DNA of 64,000 nucleotides from Candidatus Babelota bacterium (GCA_965658655.1 CBFHTA010000002.1:1-64000), one strand, 5' to 3'; counted from the stretch's first letter, positions 1 to 8,060 are shown. Numbers and translations are program-made. Notes: generated by a model not told the origin, from the sequence alone.

Positions 1-2
1 CA

Positions 3-134
3 GTAAGTACAGCATCAGATAAAAAGCGTAAAAGAACTCACACAGAGCAAAGATCTTATGAGTGTGAAATTTGTAATAAAAGTTTTGCGCATTCTAGTAA
101 TTTAAACAAACATAAGCAAATACACGAAAAATAA
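3..134 (+). CDS. Partial (5'-truncated by window) member of the secreted C2H2 zinc-finger family; a single finger
   Basis: Manual translation from nt 3: [43 protein letters not shown]. Same NLS-like motif and HEK* end as the downstream paralogs. Confidence 0.9.
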   Translation, partial: VSTASDKKRKRTHTEQRSYECEICNKSFAHSSNLNKHKQIHEK

Positions 135-156
135 ATAGGTATATAAGGAGGTTATA

Positions 157-948
157 ATGAATAAAGTATGGATGTTGGGATTGCTTTTTATTTCAATAGG
201 GCAATTGAATGGAATGGATGCTGGTTTAAATGTGCTACCATTAGAAGGTCTGACAGATAAAGATGTATTGATGTTTGGCTCAAATATGTTTAATGAAGAG
301 GATGTATCTCAGATTTTAACTGCGTTGGCTTCTTTTCAAGAAGTACAGACTCCTCAAGCTGTGCAAAGTAGTGAACAATCTTTGGCTGTAGGGCCAGCAA
401 GTACAGCATCAGATAAAAAGCGTAAAAGAACTCACACAGAGCAAAGATCTTATGAGTGTGAAATTTGTCATAAAGGTTTTAAGAAAAGTAGTTATTTAAA
501 AGGTCATGCACTAGTTCATAAAGATGAAAGACCTTTTGTATGTGAAACTTGTCATAGAGGTTTTAAAGTAAGTGGCGATTTAAGAAAACATAAAAGAGTT
601 CATACAGATGAGAGACCTTTTGTATGTGAAATTTGTGATAAAGGTTTTAAACGAAGTGGCGAGTTAAGAAGGCATAAAAGAATTCATTCAGGGGAAAGAC
701 CTTATAAGTGTGAAATTTGTGATAAAGGTTTTAAAGTAAGTGACGATTTAACAACACATATAAGAGTTCATACAGGGGAAAAACCTTTTGTATGTGAAAT
801 TTGTGATAGAGGTTTTGTGACATCTAGTAATTTAACAACACATATAAGAGTTCATACAGGGGAAAAACCTTTTGTATGTGAAATTTGTGATAGAGGTTTT
901 GCGACATCTAGTAATTTAAGCAGACATGAAAAAAGACATGAAAAATAA
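157..948 (+). CDS. Signal-peptide C2H2 (Kruppel-type) zinc-finger protein, 6 fingers
   Basis: [20 protein letters not shown] leader, DKKRKR, six C-x2-C-x3-F-x5-L-x2-H-x3-H repeats with TGEKP/SGERP linkers; SD TAAGGAGGT upstream. Confidence 0.95.
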   Translation: MNKVWMLGLLFISIGQLNGMDAGLNVLPLEGLTDKDVLMFGSNMFNEEDVSQILTALASFQEVQTPQAVQSSEQSLAVGPASTASDKKRKRTHTEQRSYECEICHKGFKKSSYLKGHALVHKDERPFVCETCHRGFKVSGDLRKHKRVHTDERPFVCEICDKGFKRSGELRRHKRIHSGERPYKCEICDKGFKVSDDLTTHIRVHTGEKPFVCEICDRGFVTSSNLTTHIRVHTGEKPFVCEICDRGFATSSNLSRHEKRHEK

Positions 949-969
949 ATAGGTAATAAGGAGGTTATA

Positions 970-1680
970 ATGAATAAAGTATGGATGTTGGGATTACTTT
1001 TTATTTCAATAGGGCAATTGAATGGAATGGATGCTGCTTCAAATGTACCGCCATTAGAAGACATAACAGATGAAGATGTAGCAATGTTTGGTGTGAGTAT
1101 GCCGACGGAAAGTGAAGTAGTGGCATCTCAGGCTTTAATTGCGTTGTCTACTGGTCAAAGAGAGATTTTTCAAGTTGAGCAAAGTAGCGAACAATCTTTG
1201 GCTGTAGGAGCAGTGAGTACAGCATCGGATAAAAAACATGAAAGAGTTCATGCAGAGAAAAGACCTTATAATTGCTCATATTGTGATAGAAGTTTTACGC
1301 AACTTGGTAATTTAAAAATACATGAAAGAATTCATACAGGGGAAAGACCTTATAAGTGTTCAGATTGTGATAAAAGTTTTACTCGAGGTGGTGCTTTAAA
1401 AGAACATGAAAGAATTCATACAGGGGAAAGATCTTATAAGTGCTCATATTGTGATAAAAGTTTTACGCAACTTGGTGGTTTAAAACAGCATAAAAGAGCT
1501 CATGCAGAGAAAAGACCTTATAAGTGTGAAATTTGTCATCAAGGTTTTAACCAAAGTGGTCATTTAACAGCACATATAAGAACTCATACAGGGGAAAAAC
1601 CTTATAAATGTGAAATCTGTGATAGAAGTTTTAAGCAATCCGGTAATTTATCAAGACATAAAAAAGTACATGAAAAATAA
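970..1680 (+). CDS. Signal-peptide C2H2 zinc-finger protein, 5 fingers
   Basis: Same leader; five fingers with TGERP/TGEKP linkers; KKRKR replaced by KKHER; SD TAAGGAGGT. Confidence 0.95.
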   Translation: MNKVWMLGLLFISIGQLNGMDAASNVPPLEDITDEDVAMFGVSMPTESEVVASQALIALSTGQREIFQVEQSSEQSLAVGAVSTASDKKHERVHAEKRPYNCSYCDRSFTQLGNLKIHERIHTGERPYKCSDCDKSFTRGGALKEHERIHTGERSYKCSYCDKSFTQLGGLKQHKRAHAEKRPYKCEICHQGFNQSGHLTAHIRTHTGEKPYKCEICDRSFKQSGNLSRHKKVHEK

Positions 1681-1701
1681 ATAGGTAATAAGGAGGTTAT
1701 A

Positions 1702-2325
1702 ATGAATAAAGTATGGATGTTGGGATTACTTTTTATTTCAATAGGGCAATTGAATGGAATGGAGACTGGTTTAAATATACTACCATTAGAAGGTCTGACA
1801 GATCAAGATGGGGCGATGTTTGGCTTAGATATGTTGAATGAAGAGGATGCATCTCAGATTTTAACTGCGTTGGCTTCTTTTCAAGAAGTAGAGATACCTC
1901 ACGATCAGCAAAGTAGTGAACAATCTTTGGCTGTAGGGCCAGCAAGTACAGCATCGGATAAAAAGCGTAAAAGAACTCACACAGAGGAAAGATCTTATGT
2001 ATGTGGAATTTGTTATCAAGGTTTTAAGCAAGATCGTCATTTAAGAAGCCATGCACTAGTTCATAAAGATGAAAGACCTTTTGTATGTGAAATTTGCCAT
2101 AGAGGTTTTAAAGTAAGTGGCGATTTAAAAAAACATACAGTAGTTCATTCAGATGAAAGACCTTATAAGTGTGAAATCTGTGATCAAGGTTTTAAACGAA
2201 GTAACGATTTAAAAAAACATACAGTAGCTCATACAGATGAAAGACCTTATAAGTGTGAAATCTGTGATAAAAGTTTTAGGTATTCTAGTAATGTATCAAG
2301 ACATAAAAAAGTACATGAAAAATAA
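1702..2325 (+). CDS. Signal-peptide C2H2 zinc-finger protein, 4 fingers
   Basis: Same leader, DKKRKR, four fingers; SD TAAGGAGGT. Confidence 0.95.
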   Translation: MNKVWMLGLLFISIGQLNGMETGLNILPLEGLTDQDGAMFGLDMLNEEDASQILTALASFQEVEIPHDQQSSEQSLAVGPASTASDKKRKRTHTEERSYVCGICYQGFKQDRHLRSHALVHKDERPFVCEICHRGFKVSGDLKKHTVVHSDERPYKCEICDQGFKRSNDLKKHTVAHTDERPYKCEICDKSFRYSSNVSRHKKVHEK

Positions 2326-2346
2326 ATAGGTAATAAGGAGGTTATA

Positions 2347-3237
2347 ATGAATAAAGTATGGATGTTGGGATTATTTTTTATTTCAATAGGGCAATTGAAT
2401 GGAATGGATGCTGCTTCAAATGTACCGCCATTAGAAGACATAACAGATGAAGATGTAGTAATCTGTGGTGTGAGTATCCCGACGGAAAGTGAAGTAGTGG
2501 CATGTCAGGCTTTAATTGCTTTGGGTACTGGTCAAAGAGAGCAACAAGTACAGATTTCTCAAGCTGTGCAAAGTAGTGAACAATCTTTGGCTGCAGGTTC
2601 AGCAAGTAGAGCCTCGGATAAAAAGCGTAAAAGAACTGACACAGAGGAAAGACCTTTTGTATGTGAAATTTGTCATCAAGGTTTTAAGAAAAGTAGTCAT
2701 TTAACAGGCCATGCATTAGTTCATACAGGTGAGAGACCTTTTGTATGTGAAATTTGTGATAAAGGTTTTAAACGAAGTGACGAGTTAAGAAGACATGCAG
2801 TAGTTCATACAGGTGAGAAATCTTTTGTATGTGAAATTTGTGATAAAGGTTTTAAACGAAGTGGCGAGTTAAGAAGGCATAAAAGAATTCACACAGGGGA
2901 AAGACCTTATAAGTGTGAAATTTGTCATCAAGGTTTTATGCAAAATTGTAATTTAACAGCACATAAAAGAATTCATTCAGGGGAAAGACCTTATAGGTGT
3001 GAAATTTGTCATAAAAGTTTTACGCAACTTGGTGGTTTCAAAGCACATAAAAGAATTCATGCAGGGGAAAGACCTTATAGGTGTGAAATTTGTCATCAAG
3101 GTTTTAAGCAAAGTAGTCATTTAAAAGGACATAAAAGAATTCACACAGGGGAAAGACCTTATAAGTGTCAAATTTGTCATCAAGGTTTTAAGCAAAGTAG
3201 TCATTTAAAAGACCATGAAAAAACACACGAAAAATAA
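2347..3237 (+). CDS. Signal-peptide C2H2 zinc-finger protein, 7 fingers
   Basis: Same leader, DKKRKR, seven fingers including an RSDELRR helix; SD TAAGGAGGT. Confidence 0.95.
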   Translation: MNKVWMLGLFFISIGQLNGMDAASNVPPLEDITDEDVVICGVSIPTESEVVACQALIALGTGQREQQVQISQAVQSSEQSLAAGSASRASDKKRKRTDTEERPFVCEICHQGFKKSSHLTGHALVHTGERPFVCEICDKGFKRSDELRRHAVVHTGEKSFVCEICDKGFKRSGELRRHKRIHTGERPYKCEICHQGFMQNCNLTAHKRIHSGERPYRCEICHKSFTQLGGFKAHKRIHAGERPYRCEICHQGFKQSSHLKGHKRIHTGERPYKCQICHQGFKQSSHLKDHEKTHEK

Positions 3238-3258
3238 ATAGGTAATAAGAAGGTTACA

Positions 3259-3897
3259 ATGAATAAAGTATGGATGTTGGGATTATTTTTTATTTCAATA
3301 GGGCAATTGAATGGAATGGAGACTGGTTTAAATGTACCGCCATTAGAAGACATAACAGATGAAGATGTAGTAATGTGTGGTGTGAGTATCCCGACGGAAA
3401 GTGAAGTAGTGGCATGTCAGGCTTTAATTGCTTTGGGTACTGGTCAAAGAGAGCAACAAGTACAGATTCCTCAAGCTGTGCAAAGTAGTAAACAATCTTT
3501 GGCTGCAGGTTCAGCAAGTAGAGCCTCGGATAAAAAGCGTAAAAGAACTCACACAGGGGAAAGACCTTATAAGTGTGAAATTTGTCATAAAGATTTTACG
3601 GAAAAGAGTAGTTTAAAAACACATATAAGAGTTCATACAGGGGAAAAACCTTTTGTATGTGAAATTTGTCATAAAGGTTTTACGCAAAAGTGTAGTTTAA
3701 AAAAACATACAGTAGTTCATACAGGGGAAAGACTTTATAAGTGTGAAATTTGTCATAAAGGTTTTAAGCAAAGTAGTTATCTAAAAGGACATACAGTAGT
3801 TCATACAGGGGGAAGACCTTATGAGTGTGAAATTTGTCATCAAAGTTTTAGGCATTCTAGTAATTTATCAAGACATAAAAAAACACACGAAAAATAA
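3259..3897 (+). CDS. Signal-peptide C2H2 zinc-finger protein, 4 fingers
   Basis: Same leader, DKKRKR, four fingers; SD weakened to TAAGAAGGT. Confidence 0.95.
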   Translation: MNKVWMLGLFFISIGQLNGMETGLNVPPLEDITDEDVVMCGVSIPTESEVVACQALIALGTGQREQQVQIPQAVQSSKQSLAAGSASRASDKKRKRTHTGERPYKCEICHKDFTEKSSLKTHIRVHTGEKPFVCEICHKGFTQKCSLKKHTVVHTGERLYKCEICHKGFKQSSYLKGHTVVHTGGRPYECEICHQSFRHSSNLSRHKKTHEK

Positions 3898-3941
3898 ATA
3901 GGTAATAAGAAGGTTACAATGAATAAAGTATGGATACTGTT

Positions 3942-6662
3942 TTATAGTAAACCATAGTCTTTGCAACGACGATGAACAGAAGAGCGGTTAACGCCTAAGA
4001 ATTCTGCAATTCTATTTTGATTTTTAAATTTGTTCCAAAGTAGTGCCATTATCTGTCCATCTTTAAGAGCATGCTTACCCATTTTTGCTGCTTGTGCTAA
4101 TTGTGGGTCGGATATATTAAAGGCAGGATTGAATTTTGTTTTTTCAAAAGCACTTTCGTTTGTTGTTTTTGCCATAATAAGTGTTTCTACTTTGCGTTTG
4201 AGTTCATGCAGGCTTGCTGGCTTCTGTTTGAATATTCTCTTCTTCTCTTGATCTGTAAGGTTAATGACTTTAGCTGTATTGTCTTCTGCAAGCGCTTGAT
4301 CTGCAAATCCTTCTACCAAACTTCCGATTTCTGTCGATTCAAGTGTTACAAGCGAAGGCATAGTTAATGAAGTGCGTTTAAGTTCATTATAGAGAGATTG
4401 GGAGAATGTTCCTTCTTGAACCATAAGCTTTAGATTTTGATTGCTTGTGGCAATAATACGTACGTCTGTTTGTATCTTCTTATTACTTTTAAATACTTTG
4501 TAGAATCCGTATTTAATGCATTCAGCAAGATTTTCTTGAGATTCTAAATCTAAGAAATGAATGTTTTTAATAACCAAAGTGCCTTTTTTGTTTAATTTCT
4601 CTAGAAGAGGTTGATTTGTGTTTGAGCTGAAGAGGTTATTAATACCAAACAGAGAAATAGGTATTTCAGAAGTAGAAACCCGTCCATCAAGCTCAAGAAT
4701 ATGCAAAGTTTCTCGTAAACTAATATGGTGCAAAATCTCTACCGTAGGAGTTAAGTCTTCGCTTGGTAAAGAAAGTAATAAGGCTTTTTTACTTAAAGCA
4801 GACTTGAGAAGCTCTACTTTAAAGTTTACAAACTGTTCTTCGTTGCTTGGAATGAGTTTATTAATTAGTCTGCCAGACTCAGTTGTTTCTAGATAGAGTA
4901 AATAATCCCAATTTGAAGGATCATGAATGGCATCTAAGAGATGCTTAATAGTGTCGGAGATTTCTGGGTGGTGTGCAACAAAAATAGCGCCATTAGCTTC
5001 CGGATGGGGCATGCCAAGTAACACAATCTGTTTGCCTTTTGCGTTACTTACCATTTGAGTTTGTGCAGCTTTGTATGAAGCAATTTGATTAACCATGGTT
5101 TTAAGTTTTTTGGTTAAAGGTTCTTCAGTTTGTGTATTAGGGTTTATTCCTAAAATATCTGTAGCGGCTTTATTGCCAAAGGTGAATCGACGACTTTTGT
5201 AGAAGAATACTCCAATGGTATGATCTTTATTGTTTCTCAAGAAAGAGCGAATGCTCTCTTTATAGCGATTAATTTCTTGATGTTTACTGTAAAGTTCTTC
5301 AATCATCTCTTTCTTTTGCTTGAATAATTCTTGCAGATTTCTGGTTTGAAGTAGGTTGATAACTTTCGATAAATAACTACCAAATACTAGTATTTCATCT
5401 CGTTCTACATTGGTATAAAGGTTGCCGTTTCGAGCACTTTGTTGCACGGTGATATAAGCGATAATCGTATTATTGCTATAAATAGGGAGAAAAATGTCTG
5501 CATTAATTTTTTCTAAAAAAGAGAGTAGGGCTCCCTGGATTTTAGTAGGGTTATGGAAATGATCGTAAGCAAGTTCATCGTAAATGAGGATTTTACGTTC
5601 TTGTAAAAAATGTAGTGTGTTCGGATCTTCATTAAATTTATCGTTATGAATTTCTAAAAATGTTTCAATTGTTGCTTGTTGATAAGGTAAGGTTACAGCA
5701 TCGTTTTTTTGATGATCAGTGCTATGTAGTGATCGGATTGATAAAGACGTGTTTTCCGGAGCTACAGAAAAGGCTTTATGAAAGAAGTGTTGAGTAAGTA
5801 TTTTAACTTCTGTGGTATTAGATGCCTTTCCTAAGTCTTCTAAAACGCTTTTAAAGTCATTAACAAAGTTAAATTTTTGGTCATCGTGAACATGCTCGTG
5901 TAGACCAAAAAAACGCAATCCAATAATTCGTTTAATGCAATGGTAAATTGCCATAGATAAAAATATAGCTGAAAAGCTTACCGCGGGAAGACAGTTTGCC
6001 ATGGTGTTTGCAACAAATTTAAATGGGTAAAGTTCCCAGATATTAGCAAGAAGATGAGGAAACAAAAAGAACTGCAGACAGGTTTTCAGTTGTAAACGTA
6101 AAATGGATGGTAGTTGTTTATCACGTAAAGAATGAAAACCTGAGATAATAGTGGTTGGTACTAGAAGGAAGAAAATATAAATAGATTCCCACTCTCGTAC
6201 AGTAAACTCCATAGGTAAAGGATATGCTCCCTTGCATGTTCCTATATATGATAATGCTGCAAAGAAACCAAAACTTATGGCTCCTAACATATAGTGATAA
6301 AATTTAATTTTAAAAGTTCTGCTTTTAAATGTTTCCACAAAAATAAAGAGCGAATGATACATTACAATGTTTATTGCCCATGCAAATCTTTTTATAAAAA
6401 TATTAATGTGTTCATAGGAATCATTAAGGAAAAGTTTTTTTGAAAGAGCAAAGATCCAAGAGAAGTCTTCAAATGTGGCTACTGCAAGTACAATGCAAAG
6501 ATAAATCCAAGACATCGAAATTTGTTTAGTTCGCGCTATATGTGTAAAGAAAAAACCCAATAAAGTTACTTTAAAAACAAAAGCAAGTGTTCTTACAGCA
6601 AGTAGGAATTCGGTGCTTCCTAACGTGTCATACAAAAATATGTAACAAGATTGTAGCGTCAT
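3942..6662 (-). CDS. Membrane-anchored transcriptional regulator: multi-TM N-terminus, GAF/PAS-like middle, degenerate sigma54-activator-type AAA+ domain, Fis-type HTH
   Basis: About 7 hydrophobic segments in the first 250 aa; GTLVIKNI...DVRIIATSNQNLKLMVQEGTFSQSLY aligns to the NtrC-family GTLFLDEI...DVRIIAATNRDL..GxFRxDLYYRL pattern; C-terminal NQNRIAEFLGVNRSSVHRR. Confidence 0.8.
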   Translation of the reverse strand: MTLQSCYIFLYDTLGSTEFLLAVRTLAFVFKVTLLGFFFTHIARTKQISMSWIYLCIVLAVATFEDFSWIFALSKKLFLNDSYEHINIFIKRFAWAINIVMYHSLFIFVETFKSRTFKIKFYHYMLGAISFGFFAALSYIGTCKGAYPLPMEFTVREWESIYIFFLLVPTTIISGFHSLRDKQLPSILRLQLKTCLQFFLFPHLLANIWELYPFKFVANTMANCLPAVSFSAIFLSMAIYHCIKRIIGLRFFGLHEHVHDDQKFNFVNDFKSVLEDLGKASNTTEVKILTQHFFHKAFSVAPENTSLSIRSLHSTDHQKNDAVTLPYQQATIETFLEIHNDKFNEDPNTLHFLQERKILIYDELAYDHFHNPTKIQGALLSFLEKINADIFLPIYSNNTIIAYITVQQSARNGNLYTNVERDEILVFGSYLSKVINLLQTRNLQELFKQKKEMIEELYSKHQEINRYKESIRSFLRNNKDHTIGVFFYKSRRFTFGNKAATDILGINPNTQTEEPLTKKLKTMVNQIASYKAAQTQMVSNAKGKQIVLLGMPHPEANGAIFVAHHPEISDTIKHLLDAIHDPSNWDYLLYLETTESGRLINKLIPSNEEQFVNFKVELLKSALSKKALLLSLPSEDLTPTVEILHHISLRETLHILELDGRVSTSEIPISLFGINNLFSSNTNQPLLEKLNKKGTLVIKNIHFLDLESQENLAECIKYGFYKVFKSNKKIQTDVRIIATSNQNLKLMVQEGTFSQSLYNELKRTSLTMPSLVTLESTEIGSLVEGFADQALAEDNTAKVINLTDQEKKRIFKQKPASLHELKRKVETLIMAKTTNESAFEKTKFNPAFNISDPQLAQAAKMGKHALKDGQIMALLWNKFKNQNRIAEFLGVNRSSVHRRCKDYGLL

Positions 6663-6685
6663 TGAAATGTCTTTCTCAATTCGTA

Positions 6686-6714
6686 TTGACCTTCTTATTC
6701 CAGACCATTATACT
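6686..6714 (+). promoter_or_regulatory. Sigma70-type promoter for the small peptide ORF
   Basis: TTGACC (6686-6691), 17 bp, TATACT (6709-6714). Confidence 0.65.
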
Positions 6715-6758
6715 AGCAATCAGTTAATTGTTAATCTTACAACACCAAAGGAAACGTT

Positions 6759-6899
6759 ATGACTACATGGTTTTTTCTTTCAAAAAAATCTTTCGTCACA
6801 GCAGCTTTTTTGGTTATGTTTGCAGGACAACTGTCTTGTTCTATAACCCCTCCACAAGAATGTGGAAAGCTGGTGCTTGCAAGTACTCCACCACAATAA
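6759..6899 (+). CDS. Small (46 aa) secreted peptide, not in ORF track
   Basis: MTTWFFLSKKSFVTAAFLVMFAGQLSCSITPPQECGKLVLASTPPQ*; AAAGGA SD; near-consensus promoter; basic n-region and hydrophobic core. Confidence 0.6.
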   Translation: MTTWFFLSKKSFVTAAFLVMFAGQLSCSITPPQECGKLVLASTPPQ

Positions 6900-6978
6900 A
6901 CTGATATTAGTTTGTTGAGTGTACCATAAGTGTACCTTGAGCACAAATATCCTATCTAGAATATGATAGTCAGAAATT

Positions 6979-7647
6979 ATGAAGCGACATTGGCTTAAAG
7001 AAGAAATCCTCGTTCTCCTTAATAAAATAAGAGAAAAGACGCGGAATTTGCCTAAGCCAATGTCGTTTTTTATTGTAGATTTATTTGGTAAAAATCCGTT
7101 TCTTTTACTCATAAGTTGCCTTTTGAGCCTCAGAACCCGTGATACGGTTACTTTTCCTGTAAGCTTACAGCTCTTTGAAAAAGTGCGTACTCCTCAGGAT
7201 ATGATCAAAATTTCGCTCTCAGAACTCGAGTCTCTTATTTATCCTGTAGGTTTCTATAAGCGTAAAGCTGCTCAGATTAAACAAATCAGTGCCATTCTTA
7301 TAGATGCTTACTCTGGTAATGTACCAGACACAGAAGAGGCATTACTGGCACTTCCTGGGGTGGGTATTAAAACGGCAAATTTAGTGTTGGGAATGGCGTT
7401 CGATATTCCTGCCATTTGCGTGGACATTCATGTGCATAGAATTTCAAATCGTTTAGGATTGGTAGAAACTGAAACTCCTGAGCAAACAGAAAAAGAGCTT
7501 AAAAAAATACTTCCTAAAGAATATTGGATAGAGTGGAATAAGTTGTTGGTTATGTGGGGGCAGAATGTGTGTCATAAATCTCAAGTATGCGAACTCTGTG
7601 ATAAAGCTCAGTTAAGAATTAAAAAAACACCGAAAAAGAAAAGATAA
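6979..7647 (+). CDS. nth: Endonuclease III
   Basis: PFLLLISCLLSLRTRD, HhH LLALPGVGIKTAN, VDIHVHRISNRLG. Confidence 0.93.
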   Translation: MKRHWLKEEILVLLNKIREKTRNLPKPMSFFIVDLFGKNPFLLLISCLLSLRTRDTVTFPVSLQLFEKVRTPQDMIKISLSELESLIYPVGFYKRKAAQIKQISAILIDAYSGNVPDTEEALLALPGVGIKTANLVLGMAFDIPAICVDIHVHRISNRLGLVETETPEQTEKELKKILPKEYWIEWNKLLVMWGQNVCHKSQVCELCDKAQLRIKKTPKKKR

Positions 7648-7671
7648 ACTTAGGTTCAATTAAAATTGCGC

Positions 7672-7707
7672 AAAAAAAATCGCCTCACGAAAAGAGGCGA
7701 TTTTTTT
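7672..7707. terminator. Bidirectional intrinsic terminator
   Basis: A-tract + tcgcctc-acgaaaa-gaggcga + T-tract between convergent genes. Confidence 0.85.
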
Positions 7708-7715
7708 CGTGATGC

Positions 7716-8060
7716 TTATCGCTTTTTACGGCGAACAGCGCGACGCTTTGCAGTTCTCTTTTTAGGAGCTGCTTTACGCTTAGCTGTTTTACGTTTTACA
7801 GTTTTGCGCTTTGCAGTTCTCTTTTTAGGAGCTGCTTTGCGTTTAGCTGTTTTACGTTTTGCAGTTTTGCGCTTAGCGACTCTTTTTTTAGGAGCTGCTT
7901 TACGTTTAGCTGTTTTACGTTTTGCAGTTTTACGTTTTGCGACTCTTTTTTTAGGAGCTGCTTTACGTTTAGCTGTTTTACGTTTTACAGTTTTACGTTT
8001 AGCGACTCTTTTTTTAGGAGCTGCTTTACGCTTAGCTGCCTTTTTACGTTTTACTGCCAT
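7716..8060 (-). CDS. Histone H1-like, Lys/Arg/Ala-rich repeat DNA-binding protein (Chlamydia Hc2-like)
   Basis: Repeats KRKAAPKKRVAKRKTAKRKTA (about 60-bp period); start likely MAVKRKK at 8060 behind GGGAG (ORF track start 8117). Confidence 0.85.
   Translation of the reverse strand: MAVKRKKAAKRKAAPKKRVAKRKTVKRKTAKRKAAPKKRVAKRKTAKRKTAKRKAAPKKRVAKRKTAKRKTAKRKAAPKKRTAKRKTVKRKTAKRKAAPKKRTAKRRAVRRKKR

Larger units (their letters stand above)
123..3935 (+). repeat. Recurrent ~90-bp junction repeat (HEK-stop, 21-22 bp spacer with SD, signal-peptide coding start) between all zinc-finger genes; last copy truncated after ATGAATAAAGTATGGAT at 3919-3935
   Basis: Near-identical gaaaaataaataggtaataaggaggttataatgaataaagtatggatgttggga near 126, 940, 1672, 2317, 3229; partial at 3889. 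Confidence 0.9.

Noticed and set aside
852..3616. Short antisense/alternate-frame ORFs repeated across the zinc-finger array
   Set aside because: Shadows of the duplicated genes; they recur because the DNA is repeated
123..3935. Regular repeats as a CRISPR array or integron cassette array
   Set aside because: The repeats are coding (84-bp finger units, signal-peptide starts); there are no unique equal-length spacers, attC-like palindromes, cas genes or integrase in the window
6737..7112. Minus-strand ORFs 6737-6946 and 6780-7112
   Set aside because: Overlap nth and the better-supported plus-strand peptide ORF that has a promoter and SD
7555..7647. Nth C-terminus shows only three Cys of the [4Fe-4S] motif
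   Set aside because: Cluster-less or variant HhH glycosylases are known; cannot judge significance from sequence alone
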